This document shows, in pieces, positions 1 through 9,256 of a stretch of DNA of 64,000 nt; position 1 is the stretch's first letter, and each line of letters opens with the position of its first letter. The stretch is taken from NCBI GenBank assembly GCA_050250935.1, contig JBFWNS010000001.1:192001-256000 (forward strand). The letters run 5' to 3'. Both the position numbers and the translations under genes were made by a program. This DNA is from Candidatus Margulisiibacteriota bacterium. GTDB lineage: Bacteria; Margulisbacteria; Marinamargulisbacteria; JBFWNS01. Under the pieces are notes generated by a model. That model saw only the letters and a list, made by a program, of their open reading frames with translations. It ran no database searches and was not told where the DNA came from.

Positions 1-1585
1 GCGCAATAAGACCGGCATTGAGTGCGGCTTGTAAATAGGGTCTAGACCAATGGTGACGGGGAACATCTCGGTAGGGTAAGCGAATTTTTGGAGCATCGGG
101 AAGGGGAAGGCCCAACCATTTCACCACAGCGGCAACCGCTTCTGCTCGGGCAACCGGTAAAACGGCTTCCCACTCTTGAAGGGGTTGCAAGGGCACTGGA
201 CCCGTTTGGGTATATTGCCCCAAAGCCTGCATCCACGCCATTAAATCGCGCTTTAACACCAGCGATTTGGGCTCGAAGTGTGCTTGATCGGGAACAATGC
301 CCACACCACGGAACAATACCGCCACCGATTCGACCCAGTGTCCTTTCATATCCTCGAAAGGAACCAGCCGGACTACGTTGACAGTAACAACCCCACCCTC
401 TGCTGCCAGCCAAAGGGTGTTGGGGCCTGTTTCAAGCGGGACTGAAGTGGTTAGCTGAGCGTTAAACGTCGCCACCCAAGCACCCAAAGACGCCGTCCCC
501 TGGCTTCCTTTTGGAACCCGAAAGGTCACGGAAACGGTTGGGGATAGGGTATAGGCAGGGGCTTCGATTCGGCTTCCTTTTTTTGAGGGGGCTAGGGCGG
601 CAACATAGGCAAAGGCTGCTTCGTTAACCGATGCTACCGAATCCGTTGGCAATATCATTAAGGGCTTGGCCAGGGCCACAAAGGTCGGTTGCTTGGACAG
701 AGCCAACACCAGATCCGCAACGGTGATGGTGTCGGTAGGGGCCTTCATGGCCGATTCAGAAATGACCCCTTGCTTGTAGGCCCAGACCATCAGACGCTGA
801 TACCAAGCCCCACTTGCTTTTGGCAAAGACTGCTGGTCTGGGGGGGCTTTTCGCCACAGGGCTATGACCATATCCAACCGTGTCGCGGGTTGTTTTTCTC
901 CAAAATCTCCTTGGGTATTGTTCCCCATCCACCCCTGTTTTTGAACGTAGCGCACAGCATCTTTGGGGTCTGGGCGATGACGGTTATCTGGCACATTTTC
1001 CAATTGATAAAACGCATAGGCCAACATTTCTCGGGTAATGGGCGTGGTCAGATCGGTTACCCCAGGATGAAACAGCGGCAATTTAAGCAAAGCAATAAGG
1101 GCATCTCGGTTCGCCGTTGGGTAGGCCGCAATGGACAATCCCGGAACCAACTGGTACACCCGAAGCACGGTGTGCCACAACCGGTTTTCACCAACGACTG
1201 CACTCACCCAAATGGTGTTCATGCCCGGCGCTGACAAGGGCATATCCAGCACAAACCGTCCGTCGTTTCGAACCGATACGGATTGATTATTCACAAAAAC
1301 AGGTCGCACAAACGGGTTGGTTCCTTTTAATAAGAAAGTAGGTTTGGTCGTTAAAAAAACGGTAGAGGGACTGTGCAGCAAAATCCCCTCTTGGGTTGTC
1401 GTGGTCCGGGGTTTCGCTGCTTCAGGTTGAACCAAAATAGGGACTTCGACGGCCTCGGCTTCAGCCTCTGTGGCCACCTGAACCTCTTGCTGGGGCGGAC
1501 GTTGACCAAAGGCCATCACCAAGGGATGCCCGCCAACAAGTCCCAGTCCAACCAACATCGCTATTAGCAATTTTTTGTGTCTCAA
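1..1585 (-). CDS. Secreted S-layer-homology (SLH) domain protein with probable Ig-like domains; 3' end runs off the window
   Basis: Absent from the ORF track (no stop in window). Manual translation is open from TTG 1585 (alt ATG 1558) to position 2: signal-like MRHKKLLIAMLVGLGLVGG; beta-rich segments (FVLDMPLSAPGMNTIWVSA, TSVPLETGPNTLWLAA); SLH-like motifs PFEDMKGHWVESVAVLFRGVGIV and PYRDVPRHHWSRPYLQAALNAGLI. Confidence 0.8.
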   Translation of the reverse strand, partial: MRHKKLLIAMLVGLGLVGGHPLVMAFGQRPPQQEVQVATEAEAEAVEVPILVQPEAAKPRTTTTQEGILLHSPSTVFLTTKPTFLLKGTNPFVRPVFVNNQSVSVRNDGRFVLDMPLSAPGMNTIWVSAVVGENRLWHTVLRVYQLVPGLSIAAYPTANRDALIALLKLPLFHPGVTDLTTPITREMLAYAFYQLENVPDNRHRPDPKDAVRYVQKQGWMGNNTQGDFGEKQPATRLDMVIALWRKAPPDQQSLPKASGAWYQRLMVWAYKQGVISESAMKAPTDTITVADLVLALSKQPTFVALAKPLMILPTDSVASVNEAAFAYVAALAPSKKGSRIEAPAYTLSPTVSVTFRVPKGSQGTASLGAWVATFNAQLTTSVPLETGPNTLWLAAEGGVVTVNVVRLVPFEDMKGHWVESVAVLFRGVGIVPDQAHFEPKSLVLKRDLMAWMQALGQYTQTGPVPLQPLQEWEAVLPVARAEAVAAVVKWLGLPLPDAPKIRLPYRDVPRHHWSRPYLQAALNAGLIA

Positions 1586-1595
1586 TGGATTACCC

Positions 1596-1671
<76 letters not shown>

Positions 1672-1787
1672 ACGTTTTTTGTCTATATTTGCAAGAAAGG
1701 GTAGTTTATTATACGCGCAGTTCATGGTCAAATTGCGGTAAATCTTGTGGAACAAAGTCCCATACTTCTCGGTCTTCTAGGAAAGCT

Positions 1788-3008
1788 ATGAAATATCTCA
1801 GTCTCTTTTTATGCCTTTTAGTGGGATGGACCTCGACCTCTTGTGCGGTTGGATTGGAAGACTGTGTTCAATTGGGTTTTACCAAAAATCCCAGCGTATT
1901 GGCCCAGAAAGAATCGTTGGAATCCGCAGCCCTGCAAGTCAAATTGGCCCAGGCCGATTATGGCCCTAGCTTGGGGCTTGGGGGATCTGTTTCTCAAGGG
2001 TTTTCACCCAATACCAACACCAGCTACGATGCAGGGCTTTCCCTGTCCCAAAAATTGCTGCCTATGGTGGTTAGCCAACCCGAAGTCAAGCAAGCCCAAG
2101 CGCTGTTGGCGGCGCAACGGGCAACCTATTTGGGTCTTTTGGCCCAGTTGCGCTACGACATCACAGCCGCGTATTTCGATGTGGTTTTTGCTCAAAAAAC
2201 ACTGGTCTTAACCCAAAAAATCGCGACCCGAAGAAAAACCAATGCCGAGCTGGTTCAATCCCGGTACGAAGCAGGCCGTGAACACAAGGGCTCCTACCTT
2301 CGGGTTAAAGCCCAGGCCGATCAAGCCGCTTTGGATGTGATTCAAGCCAAACGCGCCATTCAAGTGGCCACCCTAAGCTTATGGCGAACCATTGGGGCCA
2401 CAGCTGAAGGCCCCTTGTCGGACTCACTCCCCACACCCGTTTTACCGCCGCTGTCTCGATTACCCGAACTGGCCGAAAAAACCCCCGATGTTCTGGCTGC
2501 TCAAGCCAAACTAGACGCAGCCGTACAAGGCATTGATGTCGCCCAAAATCGCTATGGTCTGATGGTTTCTGGGAGCTTGGGGCTGGACCAAAGCGGTGGA
2601 TTTTCTTCTGGAAGTTCAACATCGGCCTCTGGAAAACTATCTGCAAGCTTCCCTCTATATACCAGTGGCAAAAAAGAAGCGGATATCGAAACTTCAATAC
2701 GGGCTCAAACCCAAGCCGATCAGGTGCTTAATCAAACCCGTCTAACCCTTAAAAACAGCCTTGAAACCAGTTTTTTAAACGCCCAAAATGCCCAAGAAAA
2801 TGCAGCGCTTCAAACCCAGTTTGTGGGCGCAGCCCAAACCCGGTCCGAAATCGCCCAGGCCCAATACAGTTCGGGTCTACTGTCCTATGACAATTGGGAT
2901 CTGATTGAAAACGATCTGATTGCCCAACAAAAAAATGCCCTGAATACGGCCAAACAAGCCCTCTTGTCCGTTGCAAAATTTGATCAACTCTGTGGAAAGG
3001 GATTGTAA
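1788..3008 (+). CDS. TolC-family outer membrane efflux protein
   Basis: Start moved to ATG 1788 (AGGAAAG upstream, signal peptide MKYLSLFLCLL); two OEP-like helical repeats; first gene of the tripartite exporter. Confidence 0.88.
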   Translation: MKYLSLFLCLLVGWTSTSCAVGLEDCVQLGFTKNPSVLAQKESLESAALQVKLAQADYGPSLGLGGSVSQGFSPNTNTSYDAGLSLSQKLLPMVVSQPEVKQAQALLAAQRATYLGLLAQLRYDITAAYFDVVFAQKTLVLTQKIATRRKTNAELVQSRYEAGREHKGSYLRVKAQADQAALDVIQAKRAIQVATLSLWRTIGATAEGPLSDSLPTPVLPPLSRLPELAEKTPDVLAAQAKLDAAVQGIDVAQNRYGLMVSGSLGLDQSGGFSSGSSTSASGKLSASFPLYTSGKKEADIETSIRAQTQADQVLNQTRLTLKNSLETSFLNAQNAQENAALQTQFVGAAQTRSEIAQAQYSSGLLSYDNWDLIENDLIAQQKNALNTAKQALLSVAKFDQLCGKGL

Positions 3009-3994
3009 TGACTTCTAAAAAATGGATTTTTTGGCTGATTGTACTGGGCCTGGCCTGTGGCAGCGGCTATTGGTATTTTTTGAAACCCTCGCCCCGCTCA
3101 ACCCAAGCCACTTTCGACAGCTTCACGGTGAAAAGAGGAACCATCGAACAAATCATCACGGCCACGGGAACGGTGTCTCCCCAAAATCGGGTCGAGGTGA
3201 AGGCCCCTATTTCGGGGCGAATTGAATCGTTGTTGGTGGCTGAAGGCGATTCGGTGAAAGCCGGTCAGGTGATTGCTTGGTTAAGCTCTACAGAACGGTC
3301 GGCCCTCTTGGATTTGGCGCGAATTAAAGGCCCCAAAGCCCTGGCCCACTGGGAAGACCTTTACAAACCCACCCCGTTAATCGCCCCCATCTCGGGTACT
3401 GTAATTTCCCGAAAAATGGAAGGCGGCCAAACCTTTACCCCGTCAGATCCCATTTTGGTGTTGGCCGATCGGTTGTTGGTGGATGCCCAGGTGGATGAAA
3501 CGGATATTGGCAAACTCAAGCTTGGGCAAACGGCCATCATCTCGTTGGACGCCTACCCCAATGTCCCCATTCCCGCCAAAATTACCCACATTGCCTACGA
3601 AGCCCAAACCGTGAATAACGTGACCATTTATGAGGTAGAACTAACCCCAACCCAACCGTTGCCTGCGTTTTTTAAAAGTGGGATGTCTGCCGACGTCAGT
3701 TTTACGATCATGCGACACGCCGATGTGTTGATGATCCCCCAATTGGCCATTGAATCTCGGGGGCGGGGCCATCGGGTTATTACCGACATTTCAACCCCAA
3801 AACCCAGCAAGACCCGCATCCGGGTGGGGCTTAGCGATGGCCAAAATACCGAAGTGCTGTCTGGTCTCAACGAAGGCGATACCGTGTACGTATCCAAAAC
3901 ACCACTCAAAAAACGAAAAGATGGCAACAGTCCCTTCATGCCAGGCGGTTCCCGTGGTGGGGGCCGAAATGGTGGCGGAGGCCGAAATCGGTGA
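3008..3994 (+). CDS. macA: MacA-like periplasmic adaptor subunit
   Basis: N-terminal TM anchor, lipoyl-like motifs (VKAPISGRIESLLVAEGDSVKAGQ, APISGTV), VDETDIGKLKLGQ; Gly/Arg-rich tail. Confidence 0.88.
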   Translation: MTSKKWIFWLIVLGLACGSGYWYFLKPSPRSTQATFDSFTVKRGTIEQIITATGTVSPQNRVEVKAPISGRIESLLVAEGDSVKAGQVIAWLSSTERSALLDLARIKGPKALAHWEDLYKPTPLIAPISGTVISRKMEGGQTFTPSDPILVLADRLLVDAQVDETDIGKLKLGQTAIISLDAYPNVPIPAKITHIAYEAQTVNNVTIYEVELTPTQPLPAFFKSGMSADVSFTIMRHADVLMIPQLAIESRGRGHRVITDISTPKPSKTRIRVGLSDGQNTEVLSGLNEGDTVYVSKTPLKKRKDGNSPFMPGGSRGGGRNGGGGRNR

Positions 3995-5952
3995 TCCACT
4001 GCCGCAACCTTACCAAACGCTATACGATGGGGGGCAGCACGGTCTATGCCCTTCATGATGTGTCTTTAACGATTGAAGCCGGGGAATTTGTGGCCATCAT
4101 GGGCCCTTCTGGGTCTGGAAAATCCACCTTGATGAATGTCTTAGGCCTTTTGGACACCGTTGATTCTGGAGAATACACCTTGCTGGGGAAACCCACCCAA
4201 CACTTGGATGAACTCGCTTTGGCCGAGCTTCGGGGCAGAACCCTGGGCTTTGTTTTTCAGCAATTTCATTTGCTTAAACGCACCTCGGCCCTAGAAAACG
4301 TGGCCTTGCCTTTGTTGTATACCACCGGCGAGGGCGCAGATCCTGCTGCATTGCTCGACCAAGTGGGACTTGCAAATCGGGCACATCATCACCCCAACGA
4401 ACTGTCGGGAGGACAACAACAACGGGTGGCCATTGCCCGAGCGCTGGTGAATCAACCGGCCCTGATTTTAGCCGACGAGCCTACCGGAAACTTGGATTCT
4501 CAAAGCCAAGACGACATCATGCAGTTGTTTAAAAGCCTCAATCAATCTGGCATTACCATCCTCTTGGTTACCCACGAAGAAGAGGTGGCCGCTCACGCTT
4601 CTCGGATCATTCGCATGCGCGATGGCCGCATTTTGTCGGATTCTAAACCCGCGCCGGACCCCGAAACCAGCCTCGGTGCCCTGCCCCTTTCCCAATCCCC
4701 TACTTTGGGTCAGTGGATCAAAAAAAGCTATGCCCATTTTACCCAAGCGTTTCGGTCGATTACCGCCAATAAATTGCGATCATTTTTGTCCATGTTGGGC
4801 ATTTTAATCGGAGTGGGTGCTGTTATTGCCATGATGGCCTTGGGAACCGGGGCTCAAAAATCCATCGAAGCGCGGTTATCGTCTTTGGGATCCAATCTGT
4901 TGGTTTTGCGCCCTGGCTCTTCCCAATCGCGGGGTGTCAGTTTGGAATCTGGGTCCATCAGCCGTCTTACCCAGGACGATAGCCTGGCCATTCGTGGTCT
5001 TCCCCATGTTCGGCGCACCAACGCCTCGGTCAATGGTCGGGTGCAAATCGATTTTGGCGATAAAAACAGCAATACCCAATTGTTAGGTGCCGAATCCAGC
5101 TATGCGGTGATGCGCGCCTCTGTCCCCGTTCTGGGTCGGTTTTATACCGAACAAGAAGACCGTTCCCGGGCCAAAGTCGCTGTGATTGGGGCCACCGTTG
5201 CTCAAGCCTTGTTTGGCGATCCCAAAAGCGACGATGTGCCCAATCCCGTGGGCAAATGGATTCGCATCAACCGGATTCGGTTTCAAGTCATTGGCCTGCT
5301 TCCCCCCAAAGGTGGCACGTCTTGGCGAGACGAAGACGATGTGGTTGTTATTCCCCTCACCACGGCCATGAAACGGGTTTTGGGCAAAGACTTCATCAAT
5401 AGCATCGATATCGAAGTGGATTCTTCGGACGCCATGACAGAGGTTCAAGACGCCACCCTGGCCTTGATGGACCAGCGCCACCCCACCCCAGGAACGGCCA
5501 AAGACGACGCCTATTCCATTCGCAATATGGCCGATATCCAAGATGCCCTCAATGCGACCAGTCAAACCTTTTCCATGCTCTTGTCCACCATTGCCACCAT
5601 CTCACTTTTGGTTGGGGGCATCGGCATTATGAACATCATGTTGGTTTCGGTGACCGAACGAACCCGGGAAATTGGCCTTCGCAAAGCCATCGGCGCCACT
5701 CCCACCGACATTTTGATGCAATTTCTGATCGAAGCCATTGTGGTGAGTCTGGCCGGGGGCGGCTTTGGGGTTCTCCTGGGCTGTGGAACCAGCTTGCTCA
5801 TTGGTCAAACCCTGGGGTGGACCATGATTATTTCCGTCCAAAGCATCGGCCTTGCCTTTGCCTTTTCTGCTGCCATTGGCATTGTTTTTGGGTTGTGGCC
5901 GGCAAAACGGGCCGCCAAGCTCAATCCCATCGACGCCTTGCGCCACGAATAA
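3991..5952 (+). CDS. macB: MacB-like ABC transporter (ATPase-permease fusion)
   Basis: Walker A GPSGSGKST, LSGGQQQRV, ILADEPTGNLD, FtsX-type permease with GGIGIMNIMLVSVTERTREIGLRKAIGA. Confidence 0.95.
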   Translation: MIHCRNLTKRYTMGGSTVYALHDVSLTIEAGEFVAIMGPSGSGKSTLMNVLGLLDTVDSGEYTLLGKPTQHLDELALAELRGRTLGFVFQQFHLLKRTSALENVALPLLYTTGEGADPAALLDQVGLANRAHHHPNELSGGQQQRVAIARALVNQPALILADEPTGNLDSQSQDDIMQLFKSLNQSGITILLVTHEEEVAAHASRIIRMRDGRILSDSKPAPDPETSLGALPLSQSPTLGQWIKKSYAHFTQAFRSITANKLRSFLSMLGILIGVGAVIAMMALGTGAQKSIEARLSSLGSNLLVLRPGSSQSRGVSLESGSISRLTQDDSLAIRGLPHVRRTNASVNGRVQIDFGDKNSNTQLLGAESSYAVMRASVPVLGRFYTEQEDRSRAKVAVIGATVAQALFGDPKSDDVPNPVGKWIRINRIRFQVIGLLPPKGGTSWRDEDDVVVIPLTTAMKRVLGKDFINSIDIEVDSSDAMTEVQDATLALMDQRHPTPGTAKDDAYSIRNMADIQDALNATSQTFSMLLSTIATISLLVGGIGIMNIMLVSVTERTREIGLRKAIGATPTDILMQFLIEAIVVSLAGGGFGVLLGCGTSLLIGQTLGWTMIISVQSIGLAFAFSAAIGIVFGLWPAKRAAKLNPIDALRHE

Positions 5953-5955
5953 ACA

Positions 5956-5984
5956 TAGACAAATCCCCGTTTGTTTTATAGAAT
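5956..5984 (+). promoter_or_regulatory. Putative sigma70 promoter of the tRNA-Thr/tRNA-Phe pair
   Basis: TAGACA-17 bp-TAGAAT, ending 20 nt before tRNA-Thr. Confidence 0.65.
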
Positions 5985-6004
5985 TCCAGGGCCCTAATCA
6001 GCAT

Positions 6005-6080
6005 GCCGACGTAGCTCAGCTGGTAGAGCAGCTGATTTGTAATCAGCCGGTCGTTGGTTCAAATCCGACCGTCGGCTCCA
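6005..6080 (+). tRNA. tRNA-Thr(TGT)
   Basis: GCCGACG...CGTCGGC-T-CCA, anticodon arm CTGAT-TTGTA-ATCAG. Confidence 0.97.
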
Positions 6081-6088
6081 GAGTTTTT

Positions 6089-6164
<76 letters not shown>

Positions 6165-6201
6165 GTTTCGCAGGGCGAAACTGGTGCATAATATCGTAAT
6201 A

Positions 6202-6390
6202 CACAAATGCACAGCATTTGTGGGTCGCCCCGTTGAAGTAAATTCAACGGGGCTCCCGCTGCGCGGCTTCTGTTACAGCTTTTTCCGGGGAAACGGGAAC
6301 TCCGTTCCTGGGACAAGTGGGGAAGAATAGGCTGTTAAGCGGGTGTTGGGGGCGTGTCGCGGTTCGCCACAGCCGCCTTACGCTAGCCCC
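6202..6390 (+). ncRNA. Candidate structured non-coding RNA or repeat element, family unknown
   Basis: Hairpins 6202-6222 and 6227-6253, plus a multi-stem domain closed by GGGGCT(6249-6254)/AGCCCC(6385-6390); G-U pairs favour the + strand. Confidence 0.35.
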
Positions 6391-6419
6391 ATCAGATAGA
6401 ATTCGCTACTATACAGCCC

Positions 6420-7625
6420 ATGTCTAACACCCTTTGGTACCCGTATACGGCTATGTTTCCGGCACCGGATTTTCCGGTGGTCAAACGAGCGCAGGGAACT
6501 TCGCTTTTTTTGGAAGATGGGCGGGAGCTGATTGATGGTATTTCGTCGTGGTGGGCCGTCATTCATGGGTATAACCACCCCGTGCTCAATGCGGCGATCT
6601 CGGACCAAGTGTCGAAGATGGCCCATGTCATGTTGGGAGGACTGACCCATCAACCGGCCTTGGATTTGGCACAGCGATTGGTCGATATCACCCCAGTGGG
6701 ACTGAACCATGTGTTCTTTTCAGACAGCGGCTCTGTCGGGGTTGAGGTCGCCCTTAAAATGGCCCTGCAGTTTTGGTTGAATCAAGGCTTGGGTGGCAAA
6801 ACCCAGTTTTTGGCCTTCGACAATGCCTATCATGGCGACACCTTTGGGGCCATGTCGGTTTGTGATCCCATCGACAGCATGCACCACTTGTTTTCGGGAC
6901 AATTGTCCCAACACCGGTTCTGTCCCACCGATGCCGATGCCGTTGAAGCCTTGCTTAAAGACCATCACCAAACCCTTGCCGCAGTCATTATTGAACCCCT
7001 GCTACAAGCAGCCGGTGGCTTTAAACTGCATTCCCCACAGTTTCTTCGAGACCTACGACAGCTCTGTGATCGCTATAACGTGCTGCTGATTTTTGATGAA
7101 GTCGCCACCGGCTTTGGCCGTACCGGGTCTTTGTTTGCTGCCGATCAAGCCGGCATCTGCCCCGATTTAATGGTGCTTGGCAAAGCCCTAACCGGTGGGT
7201 ATATCGGACATGCCGCAACTTTGGCCACCACGTCCATTTTCAACACCTTTCAGGGCGATTCCAACCGAATTTTAATGCACGGCCCCACCTTTGGCGGCAA
7301 TCCCCTGGCTTGTGCGGTGGCCTTGGCCAGTCTGGATGTTTTTTTCAACGATCACTATCTGGATGCCATTCAAGCCCTCCATCGCCAACTACAAGAGGGT
7401 CTAGAGGCCATCCATCATCCTGACATCGTCGACAAACGCTGTATCGGTGCTGTGGGTGTTCTCGAAATGAGCCCAACCTATTCCCTTAAAAAAATTCAAG
7501 ACCACTGCCTTAACAACGGCGTTTGGCTACGTCCTTTTGGGTCCTATCTGTACATCATGCCCGCCTACACCTTGAGGGCCAACGATCTGGCAACCCTCTT
7601 GGGCCAAATCGCAACCGGGCTCTAA
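6420..7625 (+). CDS. bioA: Adenosylmethionine-8-amino-7-oxononanoate aminotransferase
   Basis: LWYPYT, DGISSWW, SDSGSVGVEVALKMA, YHGDT, DEVATGFGRTG, PLP lysine in GKALTGGY, HGPTF. Confidence 0.96.
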   Translation: MSNTLWYPYTAMFPAPDFPVVKRAQGTSLFLEDGRELIDGISSWWAVIHGYNHPVLNAAISDQVSKMAHVMLGGLTHQPALDLAQRLVDITPVGLNHVFFSDSGSVGVEVALKMALQFWLNQGLGGKTQFLAFDNAYHGDTFGAMSVCDPIDSMHHLFSGQLSQHRFCPTDADAVEALLKDHHQTLAAVIIEPLLQAAGGFKLHSPQFLRDLRQLCDRYNVLLIFDEVATGFGRTGSLFAADQAGICPDLMVLGKALTGGYIGHAATLATTSIFNTFQGDSNRILMHGPTFGGNPLACAVALASLDVFFNDHYLDAIQALHRQLQEGLEAIHHPDIVDKRCIGAVGVLEMSPTYSLKKIQDHCLNNGVWLRPFGSYLYIMPAYTLRANDLATLLGQIATGL

Positions 7626-7628
7626 AAC

Positions 7629-7668
7629 AAAAAAGGCCCGGGCACTGCAATTGCAACACCCGGGCCTT
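7629..7668 (-). terminator. Intrinsic terminator of the RRM gene, between convergent genes
   Basis: AAGGCCCGGG...CCCGGGCCTT stem followed by a U-run on the minus strand. Confidence 0.85.
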
Positions 7669-7687
7669 CCGTTAAAGTTAACCGTTA

Positions 7688-7969
7688 TTAGTTGTTAACG
7701 TATTCCCCGCGACGAGGAGCGTTTTCTTTTGGTTTTGCTTCATTAACGTTCATGCGGCGACCTTTTAAGTCTTTTCCGTTTAGTTCTTGAATGGCTTGTT
7801 GACCTTCGTCGTTAGACGTCATTTCAACGAAACCAAACCCACGAGATTGGCCAGTCATTTTATCAATGATGACCTTTGCAGAACTAACAGAACCGTAAGC
7901 TTCGAAAGCTTCACGAAGTTCTTGTTCAGAAACAGCGTATGCAAGATTACCCACAAAAATATTGATCAT
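7688..7969 (-). CDS. RRM-domain RNA-binding protein (bacterial Rbp type)
   Basis: RNP2 IFVGNL and RNP1 RGFGFVEM; GAGG SD. Confidence 0.95.
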   Translation of the reverse strand: MINIFVGNLAYAVSEQELREAFEAYGSVSSAKVIIDKMTGQSRGFGFVEMTSNDEGQQAIQELNGKDLKGRRMNVNEAKPKENAPRRGEYVNN

Positions 7970-8098
7970 ATCAACACCTCACAAAAAAATAACCAGGGTC
8001 AAACAATGAAAACTCCATAAATTCGAACTGGCGGGCTCATCATACATGAAGTCCAACAAATAGTAAAAGGGCTAAATCGGTGCTATCGTAAGCCGAAC

Positions 8099-9247
8099 AT
8101 GAAACAACTGCTTTTCGATTTCATCCAAAAAATTGGACGCAAACAGGAAGTTGAACTCTTCTTACAGGTTTACAAAACCATTTCCCGCATCCAATTTGGG
8201 GTTATCGATTGCGATGAACAGGTGCTGCACCACCAAACTGAAACCTTGGCCGAGCAGCTGGCTTTAATGGGCAAGCTGGGTATTTTCCCCATCCTCGCCT
8301 TTACACTAGACGATCCCAAGACCTTCGATGCCACCTGCGACGCCTTTATTCAAACGCTTAAAAGCCGGGGGTCCAAGGCCGAACGGGTGAATTTGGTTTT
8401 CGAATATTGTGGGCCTGGCGATATTCGGTTCGATCTAAAACGGCTGGGAAAATTGTTGCAACGGGGGATTTTACCCATCATCAGTCCTACGGGGTTGTAC
8501 CGAAAGGGAAGCAAGACCTTGTCAGGCCACCGCTTATCCCAAGCTCTGGTCAAAACCTTATTGCCCAAAAAATACATTTTGCTGACCCCTTCTGGCGGCA
8601 TTTTGGACGAACAAGACAGCCCCATCCCCTTCCTTAATCTTTCCCAAAATAAAACCTGGGCTTTGGCCAAAGTCGAGATGCAAAAACAGGTTAAAGCCAT
8701 TCGCGATTTTCTGCGACAAGTCGACGATTGTGCCGTCGTTATTACCTCGGCCGAAAACCTGCTTAAAGAGATTTTTACCATTAAAGGAAGCGGAACCTTT
8801 ATTAAGTATCATGAGATTTTAACCACCTATCGCATGAAAAAATTGGATCACGACAAAATCAAAGCCCTGTTGGAAAACGCCTTTGATAAAACCCTGGTCG
8901 ACACTTATTTCGATCAACGGTTTCGTCAGATTTACTACGAAAAAGACTACGAAGGCATCGCCATTTTACAAACCCTAAATGGCATCCCCTATTTGGATAA
9001 ATTTGCAGTAGCCAAGGTTGTAGAAGGCACCGGGCTTGGCAAAAGTCTCTGGCAAAAAATGATCAAAAGCTGCCCCAAACTCATCTGGCGGGCCACCCGT
9101 GTGAATCCCATGAACAGCTTCTATATGCGGGAATGCGATGGGTTCATGAAATATGAAGATTGGTATGTGTTCTGGCGAGGCCTTGGCGAGAAAGAAATTT
9201 TCCCCTGTCTCCATCGCATGCTCAAAAAACCCAGAACTCTGGTATAA
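8099..9247 (+). CDS. N-acetylglutamate synthase/kinase-like fusion (AAK-like domain plus DUF619/NAT domain)
   Basis: C-terminal YLDKFAV, GTGLGKSLW, LIWRATRVNPMNSFY match the vertebrate/Xanthomonas-type NAGS GNAT domain; linker LLKEIFTIKGSGT. Confidence 0.8.
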   Translation: MKQLLFDFIQKIGRKQEVELFLQVYKTISRIQFGVIDCDEQVLHHQTETLAEQLALMGKLGIFPILAFTLDDPKTFDATCDAFIQTLKSRGSKAERVNLVFEYCGPGDIRFDLKRLGKLLQRGILPIISPTGLYRKGSKTLSGHRLSQALVKTLLPKKYILLTPSGGILDEQDSPIPFLNLSQNKTWALAKVEMQKQVKAIRDFLRQVDDCAVVITSAENLLKEIFTIKGSGTFIKYHEILTTYRMKKLDHDKIKALLENAFDKTLVDTYFDQRFRQIYYEKDYEGIAILQTLNGIPYLDKFAVAKVVEGTGLGKSLWQKMIKSCPKLIWRATRVNPMNSFYMRECDGFMKYEDWYVFWRGLGEKEIFPCLHRMLKKPRTLV

Positions 9248-9256
9248 TGGTCGGCC

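Noticed and set aside
42..1567. Short ORFs at 42-413, 88-381, 689-1234, 1117-1341 and 1373-1567
   Set aside because: All overlap the long minus-strand SLH-protein frame, which has a signal peptide and domain motifs.
3940..3994. Gly/Arg-rich repeat at the end of macA (GGSRGGGRNGGGGRNR)
   Set aside because: Low-complexity tails are common on MacA-family adaptors; not a DNA repeat element.
6242..6340. Possible integron attC site (ATTCAAC ... GTTAAGC fit RYYYAAC/GTTRRRY)
   Set aside because: L-box spacing is wrong, the dominant pairings do not join these ends, and no cassette or integrase is nearby.
6249..6390. tmRNA, SRP RNA, twister ribozyme or SAM/cobalamin riboswitch identity for the structured region
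   Set aside because: It starts GGGGCT like tmRNA but lacks the tRNA-like T-arm/CCA end; no SRP GGAA-loop motif; twister and riboswitch core motifs not found by eye. Left as unknown.
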